From an uncultured Planctomycetia bacterium (lineage in GTDB: Bacteria; Omnitrophota; Gorgyraeia; Tantalellales; Tantalellaceae), in contig CAZGOG010000004.1 of the NCBI GenBank assembly GCA_964527555.1, positions 10,593 to 74,592 of the forward strand: a stretch of DNA of 64,000 nucleotides, read 5' to 3'. Made by a program: the position numbers and the translations under genes. The stretch's first letter is position 1. The number at the start of each line of letters is the position of its first letter. Below the pieces are notes generated by a model. It was not told where the DNA came from, did not search any database, and saw only the letters and a program-made list of their open reading frames with translations. This document shows, piece by piece, positions 27,203-37,348 of the stretch.

Positions 27203-28129
27203 ATGACGCATAAGCTAATAATATTAGTTTTATTTCTATCACCCCTTTTTACTGTCTCTTTAGGTGCAGACGAAGATACGGATCTTAAGGAATATATCGA
27301 GGACAAACTGGTAATAGCCAGATCCTATTACCAGCAGGGTTTTGCCGCTGGCCGGGATCCGGTATATTTTGACCGCGCAATAGAGGAATATACGAATATA
27401 CTGAAAACAGATCCCTGGAACAAAGAGGCAATAGTCGGCATGGCGGACATATATACCTCGAGAAAGAATTATGACGAGGCTGAAAGATTATACAGGCAAT
27501 CGATCAAATTAGACCCCTGGAACGTGGATTATCATCTAAAGCTGGGATTTCACTATATCGCCAGAGATTTAAGAGAAGAGGCGCTCGAAGAGGCGAACTG
27601 GGTGATCGAGTATGACCCGGAAAACGTAAGAGCACGCCTCTTAAGAGGTATTGTATATGAAAAAACGAGAGATCCGGCGGACGCGATAGACGAGTATCTC
27701 TATGCGATCAGGCATTTCGAGGCCGAAGGCAAAATTGCCTTTGAGATAGACGCGCGTTTAAGACTCGGCGCTCTGTACCTAAAAGAAAAGCTGATATTTG
27801 ATGGAGTAGAGCAGTATGAAGAAGTGGTTAAGATCGAACCAAGGTTTATAAGAGGGTATCTGGAGCTGGCGAATGTTTATTATCGCCTGGGCCGTATAGA
27901 TAAAGCGATTTCCACGCTTAAATTGCTGCTCAGGCATGGGGAGAGAGTTCCACAAGCGCATGTGATGCTCGCGCTTATATATTTCTATAGCGGCGATTAT
28001 GATGCCTCTTTTGCTTATTTTAAGAAGGCGGAGGCTTTTGGGGTCAGCTTTGGGGGCGAGCTTCTGGAGACGTTTAATAAGGTTAAAAGGGCCAAGGAAG
28101 AAAGCGTTAGAGCCGGGGAGCAAGAATAA
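27203..28129 (+). CDS. Secreted TPR-repeat protein
   Basis: Signal peptide; repeated A..Y...I..DP TPR pattern. Confidence 0.85.
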   Translation: MTHKLIILVLFLSPLFTVSLGADEDTDLKEYIEDKLVIARSYYQQGFAAGRDPVYFDRAIEEYTNILKTDPWNKEAIVGMADIYTSRKNYDEAERLYRQSIKLDPWNVDYHLKLGFHYIARDLREEALEEANWVIEYDPENVRARLLRGIVYEKTRDPADAIDEYLYAIRHFEAEGKIAFEIDARLRLGALYLKEKLIFDGVEQYEEVVKIEPRFIRGYLELANVYYRLGRIDKAISTLKLLLRHGERVPQAHVMLALIYFYSGDYDASFAYFKKAEAFGVSFGGELLETFNKVKRAKEESVRAGEQE

Positions 28130-28134
28130 AGCCG

Positions 28135-29964
28135 ATGGATAAAATGTCTAAAAAAGGAATCCTATCAATAATCGCGGTTCTAGCCGTAGTCAGTATACTA
28201 TTTTTGTTCATAAGACTCTTCTTCTGGCCCCAGAGCAAAAAACCCAATATTCTTCTTATTACAACCCAGTCGTTAAGACCCAGCCACTTAAGCTGTTACG
28301 GTTACAGGCGTTTTAAGACCGGAGCTATTGATAATCTGGCAGGCGAGGGGCTCGTATTTGAGAATTCTTACTGCGACGTACCCGTCCCTGTTTACGGTTA
28401 TGCCTCAATCCTGAGCGGCAAGACCGGTTCCTCAGCGATATCAAGGCAAGGAGACAGTATCTATCTTAATATTTCAAGTAAGTTCTTAAGTGAGTACCTC
28501 CAGGAAAGCGGCTATGAAACGGTAGCCCTTACCGCTAACCCTGAACTCTCGAAAGCCATGGGTTTTGGAAAAGGATTTAATACGTTCCAGAATATAGGGG
28601 CGTCTCTGCCGAGGGCCGGTTTTCCTTTTGCCAGCAAAAAAGTCACTGAGGAAACCCTGGAAAATCTAAAAAAGTTTAGAAAAGGGAAAAAACCCGTTTT
28701 CCTGTGGGCAGATTACGCTATACCGCGGTTCCCTTACATCGTGCCCAGTTATTTTCTGGAGGCGGAGAATGATTTTGCCTATGATAGACAAGTAGTCTTC
28801 CTGGATAGTGAAATATCAAAGCTGATGGCAGGTGTTAAAAAACTCGGCCTGGACAATAATACCATAGTTATATTCACCGCGACGAACGGGGAAGCTCTTG
28901 GCGAACACGAAGAGCCGACCCACGGTGTGTTCTTGTATGATGCGACCGTAAAAACCCCGCTTATTATAAGATTTCCAAAGGATTTTTTTAAAGGAAATAG
29001 AATAAAAAAAGCTGTTTCTAATATCGACATCACTCCTACTGTTTTAGATATTCTCGGGATAGATAGTACGGAAGGCGGGTTTGACGGGATAAGCCTTCTT
29101 GACAGGCTTGAAGAGAGAAGAAGAGGTTCGGAAGACGTCTATCTTGAGTCCTTGGTCGGTTATTATGAATTCGGATGGAGCCCGCTTGTCGGGATAGTCT
29201 CAGACGGCTATAAATATATCCAGGCGCCTGAGCCTGAGCTTTATGATCTGGCAAAAGACCCTCATGAACTTAAAAATATAGCATCTTTTGATGAAGAAAA
29301 AGCCGAAGAGTTAAAAAATAAACTGTTTAAATACATCACCGAGAAAAGACCCCAGCTTCTTAGTATGGTGGACAGGGGAGAAGACCCCAAAGAGAGGGCA
29401 GGGGTGCTTAAGCCTTATCTACTGGCCATGTATTTCGGCAATGTCAATGTAGAGTGGCTCATAAGTATTTACAGGAATCTCCTGGCCATGGATCCGGATA
29501 ATAAGACGTTCAAGTATGTTCTGGCAAAACTTTTCATGCGCGTTAATAAACCACACCTGGCGGAGTATTATCTGGAAGAGATCACTGCCGCAAGCCCCGA
29601 TTCCAACCAGGCGTGGGAACTTCTGGGGATGGCGTATGCCCAGCAGAAGGAGGGCGACAATGCCGTTGAGTGTTACGAAAAGGCGATTGCCATTATTTAT
29701 GATATGCCGGTCTCTTTGAATAATCTTGCGTGGGCATACGCGCAAAAAGGCGTAAAGCTGGAGGAAGCTCTTAAATACGCACAGCGGGCGAACGAGCTTT
29801 TGCCCAATCAGCCCAAGATGATGGACACGCTTGCAGAAGTTTATTTTAAAATGGGGGATAAAGAGGAAGCCCTTGAAATAATTAGAAAAGCCGCGTCACT
29901 CGATCCACAGTCAGAATATCTTCAGAAAAGGTTAGGAGAAATAGAGGGGTTTATTTCTTCATAA
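28135..29964 (+). CDS. Sulfatase-fold + TPR protein, catalytic residues degenerate
   Basis: KPNILLIT...LSCYGY, GEHEEPTHG, ELYDLAKDPHE; C-terminal TPRs (LNNLAWAY, DTLAEVY). Confidence 0.8.
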   Translation: MDKMSKKGILSIIAVLAVVSILFLFIRLFFWPQSKKPNILLITTQSLRPSHLSCYGYRRFKTGAIDNLAGEGLVFENSYCDVPVPVYGYASILSGKTGSSAISRQGDSIYLNISSKFLSEYLQESGYETVALTANPELSKAMGFGKGFNTFQNIGASLPRAGFPFASKKVTEETLENLKKFRKGKKPVFLWADYAIPRFPYIVPSYFLEAENDFAYDRQVVFLDSEISKLMAGVKKLGLDNNTIVIFTATNGEALGEHEEPTHGVFLYDATVKTPLIIRFPKDFFKGNRIKKAVSNIDITPTVLDILGIDSTEGGFDGISLLDRLEERRRGSEDVYLESLVGYYEFGWSPLVGIVSDGYKYIQAPEPELYDLAKDPHELKNIASFDEEKAEELKNKLFKYITEKRPQLLSMVDRGEDPKERAGVLKPYLLAMYFGNVNVEWLISIYRNLLAMDPDNKTFKYVLAKLFMRVNKPHLAEYYLEEITAASPDSNQAWELLGMAYAQQKEGDNAVECYEKAIAIIYDMPVSLNNLAWAYAQKGVKLEEALKYAQRANELLPNQPKMMDTLAEVYFKMGDKEEALEIIRKAASLDPQSEYLQKRLGEIEGFISS

Positions 29965-30170
29965 GGAATCTTGTTACTGCCGCCCCTCGCTAATCCTTAA
30001 CAAAAGCCAGCTGTTGCGCTTTAGGAGAAGGGTGATAGTTGATAACAAATATAAACAAACCTGATTATATCGTATGATATTTATGAATATGTCTTGAGGA
30101 AGAAAAGTTATTATGTTATATTATGCCTTCAGAAGGGGTATTAACCTTATATCTTTTTACATTTAGTATA

Positions 30171-32630
30171 ATGGAAGCATACAATTTCAACGAAATCGAA
30201 AAAAAGTGGCAAAAGAGATGGAGGAAAGAAGGCCTTTTTAAGGTTGACGTAAAAGATTACGCCAACAAGTTTTACTGTCTTATGATGTTCCCGTATCCTT
30301 CAGCCGGACTTCATGTGGGCCATGGACGCAATTATATCATTGGGGATGTAGTGGCCAGATACAAGATGATGAGAGGATTTAATGTCCTTACTCCCATGGG
30401 CTGGGATGCGTTTGGCCTGCCGGCGGAAAACGCCGCTATCAAAAACGGTATTCATCCAAAAAAATCCACTTTAAACAATATAGCTCTTATGAAAAGGCAG
30501 CTTGATTCCTGGGGGGTTGAATACGACTGGGACCGGGAAGTAACCTCATGCCTGCCTGATTATTACAAATGGACGCAGTGGATATTCCTTAAGCTTTATG
30601 AAAAAGGCCTTGTTTACAGAAAAAAAGCCTTTGTTAACTGGTGCCCTTCCTGCAGTACTGTTCTTGCTAATGAGCAGGTTGTTAGCGGCAGCTGCGAAAG
30701 ATGCGATACCCAGGTTGAGCAGAAGGAACTTGAGCAGTGGTTTTTCGGGATCACCTCTTACGCGGAACGACTTTTAAACGACTTGGGTAAGCTGGACGAG
30801 TGGCCCGAGAAGGTAAAGACTATGCAGCGCAACTGGATAGGTCGCTCGGAAGGGGTTAATATAGACTTTCCGATTGCCGGTTCCGATGAAAAGCTTACCT
30901 GCTTCACTACGCGCGTTGATACTATTTATGGATGCACTTATATGGTGCTTGCCCCTGAACATCCAATGGTCGATGAGCTTATAGAGAAGAGTCCGGATAA
31001 AGCTAAAATTAAGAAATTTGTCCAAGGAGTCCGCAGTCAGTCTATGCTGAGCCGCCTCCAGGCCCAGGAGGAGAAAAAAGGTATTTTTACCGGCAAATAC
31101 GTGATAAACCAGGTGAATGGCAGGAAGATCCCGCTTTGGATAGCCGATTATGTGCTTATGGAGTATGGTACTGGCGCCGTAATGGCCGTGCCGGCGCACG
31201 ACCAGAGGGACTTCGAGTTCGCAACAAAATATGATCTGCCTATAGAAATTGTAATAGATAATCCTTCAGAGCACCTTGAAGCAGGTAAATTGACCGAAGC
31301 TTATGAGGATGAAGGTGTTCTAATTTCTTCCGGGCCTTTTGACGGCGTGAAGAACACTCTTGCCATGGGAAAAATAGCCGATTACATGGAAAAAAAAGGT
31401 ATCGGCAAAAGAGCCATCCACTATAAACTGCGGGACTGGCTTATCTCAAGACAGAGGTACTGGGGCGCACCTATCCCCATGGTTTACTGCGGGGTTTGCG
31501 GTGTTGTGCCTGTTCCAGAGGAAGAGCTTCCCGTTCTTCTTCCGGAAGGCGCCCAGTTCAGGCCTACGGGCGAGTCGCCTTTAAAAGATGCGCCGGAATT
31601 CGTAAACGCGAAATGTCCCTCCTGCGGCGGTCAGGCAAGGCGCGAGATCGACACGATGGATACCTTTGTTGACTCCAGCTGGTATTACTTGAGGTATATC
31701 TCCCCAAAAACAGAAGATAAACCGTTCGTGACGGAAGACGTCAACAGGTGGCTTCCGGTAGACCAGTATATAGGCGGCGTGGAACACGCGATACTCCACC
31801 TTCTATATTCAAGGTTTATAACGAAAGTGTTTTTTGACATGGGTCTTGTCGCGTTCGATGAGCCGTTCCAGAGGCTTTTTACTCAAGGGATGATAATTAA
31901 AAATGGCGCCAAAATGTCCAAATCCAAAGGTAATGTCGTAAGCCCTGACGCCCTTATAGAAAAATATGGAGCAGATACGGTTCGCCTCTATACGCTTTTT
32001 ATTGGACCTCCCGAGAAGGACGCCGAGTGGTCCGATAGAGGCGTCGAGGGCGCGTATAGATTTTTAAGGCGGGTATGGAATCTTCTGGATATAGTCAAAG
32101 ATGCTCCTCAGTCCGCGAAGGATAAAGGGAGTGAAGAGGACCTCATCAGAAAGATGCACCAGACTATAAAGAAGGTTACCGAAGACGTTGATGAGGAATT
32201 TCATTTTAATACGGCTATTAGCGCCGTTATGGAGCTGGTTAACCAGGCGTACGCTTCGCTTGGCGAGAAGGGCGAGGTGCCTTACGGGAAGGACTGCGTC
32301 CGTGAAGTACTGGGCAATATAACGCTTCTTTTGGCGCCTTTTGTTCCTCATATAGCCGAAGAGATGAGGGAAAGGATGGGTGAGAAAGGAAGCATTTTCA
32401 GCTGCACCTGGCCGGCTTTTAAGGAAGAGATGCTGGAAGCCGATACTGTTGTCGTCCCCGTGCAGGTGAACGGCAAACTGCGAGGCACTATCGAGATGCC
32501 CCGGGGTCTTGAAGAAGAAAAAGTAAAAAAAATCATCCTCGATGACGAAAAGATAAAAGAGTTCTTAGGCGACAAAGATATCCGCAAATGGATAATCTTG
32601 CCGAATAAACTGGTCAATATAGTCATATAA
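30171..32630 (+). CDS. leuS: Leucine--tRNA ligase
   Basis: MFPYPS, HVGH, DWLISRQRYWG, KMSKS; start taken at MEAYNF. Confidence 0.97.
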   Translation: MEAYNFNEIEKKWQKRWRKEGLFKVDVKDYANKFYCLMMFPYPSAGLHVGHGRNYIIGDVVARYKMMRGFNVLTPMGWDAFGLPAENAAIKNGIHPKKSTLNNIALMKRQLDSWGVEYDWDREVTSCLPDYYKWTQWIFLKLYEKGLVYRKKAFVNWCPSCSTVLANEQVVSGSCERCDTQVEQKELEQWFFGITSYAERLLNDLGKLDEWPEKVKTMQRNWIGRSEGVNIDFPIAGSDEKLTCFTTRVDTIYGCTYMVLAPEHPMVDELIEKSPDKAKIKKFVQGVRSQSMLSRLQAQEEKKGIFTGKYVINQVNGRKIPLWIADYVLMEYGTGAVMAVPAHDQRDFEFATKYDLPIEIVIDNPSEHLEAGKLTEAYEDEGVLISSGPFDGVKNTLAMGKIADYMEKKGIGKRAIHYKLRDWLISRQRYWGAPIPMVYCGVCGVVPVPEEELPVLLPEGAQFRPTGESPLKDAPEFVNAKCPSCGGQARREIDTMDTFVDSSWYYLRYISPKTEDKPFVTEDVNRWLPVDQYIGGVEHAILHLLYSRFITKVFFDMGLVAFDEPFQRLFTQGMIIKNGAKMSKSKGNVVSPDALIEKYGADTVRLYTLFIGPPEKDAEWSDRGVEGAYRFLRRVWNLLDIVKDAPQSAKDKGSEEDLIRKMHQTIKKVTEDVDEEFHFNTAISAVMELVNQAYASLGEKGEVPYGKDCVREVLGNITLLLAPFVPHIAEEMRERMGEKGSIFSCTWPAFKEEMLEADTVVVPVQVNGKLRGTIEMPRGLEEEKVKKIILDDEKIKEFLGDKDIRKWIILPNKLVNIVI

Positions 32631-32662
32631 GTTCTAAAAAATAGAAGAGAAAATATTTATCT

Positions 32663-33418
32663 ATGAAAAAACTGATTTGGGTATTGTTTGCGCTGAGTAT
32701 TTTCTCTTGCGGCGTTGCCTTTTCAGAAGACCTTGCCATAAAGCGCGCGGAAGAATACCAATCAAAGATCCCTGTCTCTTTAGTTAAAAGAATCACACTT
32801 CCGAAAGGGTATCACGAAGGCCTTTTCTTTGACGATAGATTCATCTGGGTAAGTAACGGCGAGGGGAAGAACACCTGGCTTATAGACCCGGCTACCGGCA
32901 GCATAGCCTCAGAGATAACATCCCCCGGAAGTTTTACCGAAGGGATAGTCGCCTCCGGCGACGGCACTTTCTGGGTAACGGATTGGCTTGATAAGAAGCT
33001 GTACAGGACAACTCTCGAGAACGGTAAGATGATCATCAAGCACGCAATAGACCTTGCGCCCGCTCATCCCGCGGGTCTTGTATGGACGGGCAGGAGACTT
33101 TTTGTCGTTACCTGGACAAGGGGGCTGGGGACGAAGTTTCACCTGCTTGAATTTGACGAGAAAGGAAACCTTCTGGGAAAGATCCGTATTAAACGGATAC
33201 ATGAACCGGCTCACCTGGGGTGGGACGGGAAGCACCTTTGGATTACAAGCTGGTATAACCAGTTGGTTTACAAAATAGACACAGACAAGTTTAAGATTTT
33301 AGGGTCCTTCAAGTCTCCTGCGCCGGATACAACCGGGATAACGTGGGACGGCAGATATTTTTGGGTTACCGGTACTCACGCAGACTTGTACCAGCTGGAG
33401 GTGGGCAGATCCGATTAA
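32663..33418 (+). CDS. Secreted beta-propeller, glutaminyl cyclase/YncE-like
   Basis: Signal peptide; repeated EG/GxxWDGxxxWVT blades. Confidence 0.6.
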   Translation: MKKLIWVLFALSIFSCGVAFSEDLAIKRAEEYQSKIPVSLVKRITLPKGYHEGLFFDDRFIWVSNGEGKNTWLIDPATGSIASEITSPGSFTEGIVASGDGTFWVTDWLDKKLYRTTLENGKMIIKHAIDLAPAHPAGLVWTGRRLFVVTWTRGLGTKFHLLEFDEKGNLLGKIRIKRIHEPAHLGWDGKHLWITSWYNQLVYKIDTDKFKILGSFKSPAPDTTGITWDGRYFWVTGTHADLYQLEVGRSD

Positions 33419-33528
33419 AAACAACTTTTTTATACTTATTTATTTGATATTTAATAAAAATAAAGTTGACAAAAAGTTAAATAAGGTAAATAATAGACTT
33501 GTAATAGAAGAGATTAAAAGGGGAGAAG

Positions 33529-33897
33529 ATGCGGTTTACCATTCAGGAAAAAATAGCGCTTATCATCCTTGCGATATTATTATGCATAGGTTCGGCTGTT
33601 CTTTATTCGAAAGAAGCCCGCCCTTATTGCCGGATTATTATTGAAGAAAACGGCATAAGGGAAGAGTTTACGCTCAAGGAAATAGAGGCGCGTCTTAAAG
33701 AGCGCCGAAAAATCGACATTAATACCGCCGCATGTAAAGAGATCACGGCAATCGACGGTATCGGTGAAGTTCTTGCCGGAAGGATAGTCCGGTATCGGGA
33801 TACTCATGGAGCTTTTTATAGCGAGAAGGACCTCTTAAAAGTAGAAGGTATAGGGCAAAAGAAATTCGAGAAAATCAGAGAGTATGTGAGATTTTAA
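33529..33897 (+). CDS. comEA: ComEA-like helix-hairpin-helix DNA-binding protein
   Basis: N-terminal TM; IDINTA, GIGEVLAGRIV.YR, LLKVEGIG. Confidence 0.88.
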   Translation: MRFTIQEKIALIILAILLCIGSAVLYSKEARPYCRIIIEENGIREEFTLKEIEARLKERRKIDINTAACKEITAIDGIGEVLAGRIVRYRDTHGAFYSEKDLLKVEGIGQKKFEKIREYVRF

Positions 33898-33923
33898 ATA
33901 GTTGTGGAGGGGAAAATAGATTT

Positions 33924-36359
33924 ATGAAACGTCCTTTGCTGGTACCAATAGCTGGTTTTCTTATCGGCATAATTGCCGCCGAATCAAGCGGGAGCTTGGG
34001 CCTTATGGAGGGTATTTGGATTACTATTCTCGGTGCGGCGGCTTTTCTGATTTTTCTTTTTATCAGAAAGAATAAGACTTTTTATTTTTTTCTGTGCCTT
34101 TTGTTTTTTCTTCTTGGCGTTTTCAGATATTCCAGCAGCTTTACACTGGAGGAAAACGGTATATCAAACTTTGTTACGGAAGCGCAAAAAGAGGCCCTCC
34201 TTTTCGGGACTGTAGCAAAAGAACCCGAACGGAAGGGTATCTCATATCTGTCGCGTCTTGTCTTTCCCTTAGAAGTGGAACGCGTTCTCATGGGAGACAG
34301 AGAGGAGCCTACAGGCGGGCTTATCCAGGTGAACCTGTACAAACCTCAAGAGGAGCCTCGCATAGGCGATAGATTGATTATCGGAGGCAAGCTCTCTCTT
34401 GCGGAAGGATCGAATAACCCGGCCGGGTTTGATTACAGGAAATATTTAAGACGTAAAGGTATAAATGCGGTTTTGTCCTCTTCCGGGAAAGATTATTATC
34501 TGAAAGTGGGCGAAAAAAAGGGAGGCGCGCTTCGAATCCGCCGTTTTTTAAGCGTGCTCAGAAATAATTCGGACCAGGCTATCAAAAAATATCTTTCACC
34601 TGGGGCAAGCGCTTTTACCAGAAGCGTTATCCTGGGTTTAAGATCGGATATCAGCGACGAGGTTAACGATACATTTGTCAAGACCGGTACCATGCATATA
34701 CTGGCCGTAAGCGGTCTTCATATAGGGCTGGTAGCTCTTATCATCATGGGAGTGTTACGGTTTGTGCGATGTCCCAGGAGTTTTGGACATTTTTTAGTGA
34801 TCATCGGTATCTTCGCCTTCAGCATCTTTACAGGGAGCCGTCCTTCCTCCATGCGTGCCGCTATCATGGGAGCGTTTCTTCTTATCAGCATGTTACTTGG
34901 CCGCAAAAGCGATATTGTAAGCGCTCTCAGCCTTTCAGCGTTTTTAATAATGTTCTTTTATCCCGCCCAGATTTTTGACGGAGGATTCGTACTTTCATAT
35001 ATGGCGGTTCTTTCCATTATCTATATTGTGCCTCTTACCGATACTTTTTTTGGTTTAAAACCCCCTGTCTTTGGCGAGAGAAAAACCCTTCGCGCTAAAA
35101 AATATCTGGCTAAATCGATTTCGCTATCACTTGCTGTGTGGATAGGGATGATGCCGGTTATTGCTTCATATTTCCGCATAGTAACGCCTTCGGTAGTTCT
35201 TTCGAATCTTCTGGCAGTTCCGGTGCTTTTTATAGTGGTGATACTGGGCTTTTGCCTGATCGTGACCGGATCTGTAGGGTTTCTTGCACCTCTTGCCGGT
35301 TTTATAGCGGACATTTTAGATCTTGTCATACCTTTTTTTATTAAAGCAATGCAGCTGGTTACAAAAATTCCTTTTTCGCATATAAGGGTATCGGCACCAT
35401 CAGTTGGACTGGTAGTCTTTTTTTATGTGGTATTGATCATCTCTTTTCTGTATTTTCATAAAAATAATAAAAAAAGCGTTCTTTTAATATCAGCACTTTT
35501 CGTGTTTAACCTTTTTGTGTGGAATGAGGCAGCCCACAGGCCGCCGGATTCAACGCGTATCACGTTTTTTGATACGGGTAAGGCCGACGCCTCTTTGATG
35601 GAGTTTCCTGACGGGAGCGTTATGCTTATTGACGGCGCCTCGGGCGGCATGGTTAAGGGCATGGATGCGGGTTATTGTATTTTAGCGCCGTACCTTTGGC
35701 AGAAGGGGATAAGGCGTATAGATTGCGTTCTTCTTACTCATGCACATGAGGATCATATAGGGGGGCTCGCATATATACTGAAAAATTTTGATGTAGGAAC
35801 TTTTATTGATGGAGGGGAAGTAGAAGAGGACGGATTTGAGAAGCGGCTTTACAAAGAGATACAGAGGTGCGTTAAAAAAAGAAATATACGTTATGTGAGG
35901 GTAAAAAGAGGAGATGTCATAAAGGGATTTCCGCATATGGACCTTTTTGTACTTAATCCGGACAATAAAAGTGGTTTTAAAGACTTAAATAATAGGTCAG
36001 TTGTCTTAAAGGCTGTTACCAAAGGCGGTAACAGCCTTCTTTTTTGCGCGGATGCCGAAGCAGAAGCCATAAAAGAGATGCTTAAGTTTGGTTCTTTTCT
36101 CCAAGCGGATATTCTGAAAGCTCCCCATCATGGTGCGGGATTGGGGGATATGTATGTAATAGAGGAGTTTTTAAGTCAGGGAAAGTATCCTTTCTGTGTA
36201 GTTACAAATTATGATGCGCTTCATCTGAACAAAGAACTCGTAAAGATATTTGATAGGGAAAAAGCAGATATGTATGTAACAGGAGAGAAGGGCGCGATCA
36301 TTGCCCAAGAGGAGGATGATGGGTTTAAGATTTTTTCTTATAAGAAGACTAAGTCTTAA
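33924..36359 (+). CDS. comEC: DNA uptake channel ComEC/Rec2
   Basis: NPAGFDY, GTMHILAVSGLH, MBL domain THAHEDHIGG, PHHG. Confidence 0.93.
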   Translation: MKRPLLVPIAGFLIGIIAAESSGSLGLMEGIWITILGAAAFLIFLFIRKNKTFYFFLCLLFFLLGVFRYSSSFTLEENGISNFVTEAQKEALLFGTVAKEPERKGISYLSRLVFPLEVERVLMGDREEPTGGLIQVNLYKPQEEPRIGDRLIIGGKLSLAEGSNNPAGFDYRKYLRRKGINAVLSSSGKDYYLKVGEKKGGALRIRRFLSVLRNNSDQAIKKYLSPGASAFTRSVILGLRSDISDEVNDTFVKTGTMHILAVSGLHIGLVALIIMGVLRFVRCPRSFGHFLVIIGIFAFSIFTGSRPSSMRAAIMGAFLLISMLLGRKSDIVSALSLSAFLIMFFYPAQIFDGGFVLSYMAVLSIIYIVPLTDTFFGLKPPVFGERKTLRAKKYLAKSISLSLAVWIGMMPVIASYFRIVTPSVVLSNLLAVPVLFIVVILGFCLIVTGSVGFLAPLAGFIADILDLVIPFFIKAMQLVTKIPFSHIRVSAPSVGLVVFFYVVLIISFLYFHKNNKKSVLLISALFVFNLFVWNEAAHRPPDSTRITFFDTGKADASLMEFPDGSVMLIDGASGGMVKGMDAGYCILAPYLWQKGIRRIDCVLLTHAHEDHIGGLAYILKNFDVGTFIDGGEVEEDGFEKRLYKEIQRCVKKRNIRYVRVKRGDVIKGFPHMDLFVLNPDNKSGFKDLNNRSVVLKAVTKGGNSLLFCADAEAEAIKEMLKFGSFLQADILKAPHHGAGLGDMYVIEEFLSQGKYPFCVVTNYDALHLNKELVKIFDREKADMYVTGEKGAIIAQEEDDGFKIFSYKKTKS

Positions 36360-36421
36360 TATACAAAAATTGATGGGTGTTTAAGCAGATGTTAGAAACC
36401 AAAAAGTAAGGAGCAAACTCC

Positions 36422-36450
36422 TTGACGCTAAATTGCTTTAATAATATAAT
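36422..36450 (+). promoter_or_regulatory. sigma70 promoter of the glycan/sulfur operon
   Basis: TTGACG - 17 bp - TATAAT. Confidence 0.7.
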
Positions 36451-36535
36451 AAAAAGTCACTATTCATGTCAAAAGACAAAGTGTGTATGTTGGTAGCGTT
36501 CATTAATATTATAATCACATAGATCACATATACAT

Positions 36536-37336
36536 ATGACACATCTCGATAAATTAGAAAATCAAAGTATTTATATCATAAGGGAAGCGTACAGTCAGTT
36601 CAGAAAAGTGGCTATGCTCTGGTCAATCGGTAAAGATTCTACCGCTCTTCTTTGGCTGGTAAGAAAAGCATTCCTGGGAAAAATACCTTTCCCAGTGGTC
36701 CATATCGATACTACCCATAAATTTCAGGAAATTTACGATTTTCGCGATAAATACGCGAAAGAATGGGGACTTAACCTCATAACCGCGAAAAATGAGGAAG
36801 CCCTTGAAAAAGGGGTAGGGCCCGAGACGGGGAAGTTCCAGTGCTGTACGGAACTTAAGACAAACGCTTTGAAAAAAGCCATAGATAAATACGGTTTCAA
36901 AGCCTTGTATCTGGCTATTAGAAGGGATGAGCACGGCATCAGGGCGAAAGAAAGGATCTTTTCACCGAGAGATGAGGATTTTGAATGGGATTATAAAGAC
37001 CAGCCCCCGGAATTATGGGACCAGTATAAGTCGAAAGCCAGGGAAGAGGAGCACTTAAGGGTGCATCCTCTTTTGGGCTGGAGGGAAATAGACGTCTGGG
37101 AATATGTGAAGCGCGAGAACCTGCCTATAACGTCTCTATATTTCGCGAAAAGCGGCCAGAGATACAGGAGTATAGGATGCGAATGTTGCTGCAGGCCTAT
37201 AGATTCGGTTGCGGCGACGGTGGAAGAGGTTGTCGAAGAATTAAAGGTCACCAAGATCTCGGAAAGAAGCGGACGCGCCCAGGATAAGGAATCCGCATAC
37301 ATGATGCAGAAACTCAGGTCCCTGGGGTATATGTAA
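36536..37336 (+). CDS. cysD: Sulfate adenylyltransferase subunit 2
   Basis: LENQSIYIIRE, WSIGKDS, RRDE, RAKERIFSPR, YRSIGC, SERSGRAQD. Confidence 0.93.
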   Translation: MTHLDKLENQSIYIIREAYSQFRKVAMLWSIGKDSTALLWLVRKAFLGKIPFPVVHIDTTHKFQEIYDFRDKYAKEWGLNLITAKNEEALEKGVGPETGKFQCCTELKTNALKKAIDKYGFKALYLAIRRDEHGIRAKERIFSPRDEDFEWDYKDQPPELWDQYKSKAREEEHLRVHPLLGWREIDVWEYVKRENLPITSLYFAKSGQRYRSIGCECCCRPIDSVAATVEEVVEELKVTKISERSGRAQDKESAYMMQKLRSLGYM

Positions 37337-37348
37337 AACGGGCAATTT

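Noticed and set aside
29965-30170. T-box leader upstream of leuS
   Set aside because: Only a loose imperfect stem; no GGTGGNACCGCG T-box motif or following terminator.
33529-36359. comEA-comEC as a novel system
   Set aside because: Ordinary, widespread competence pair.
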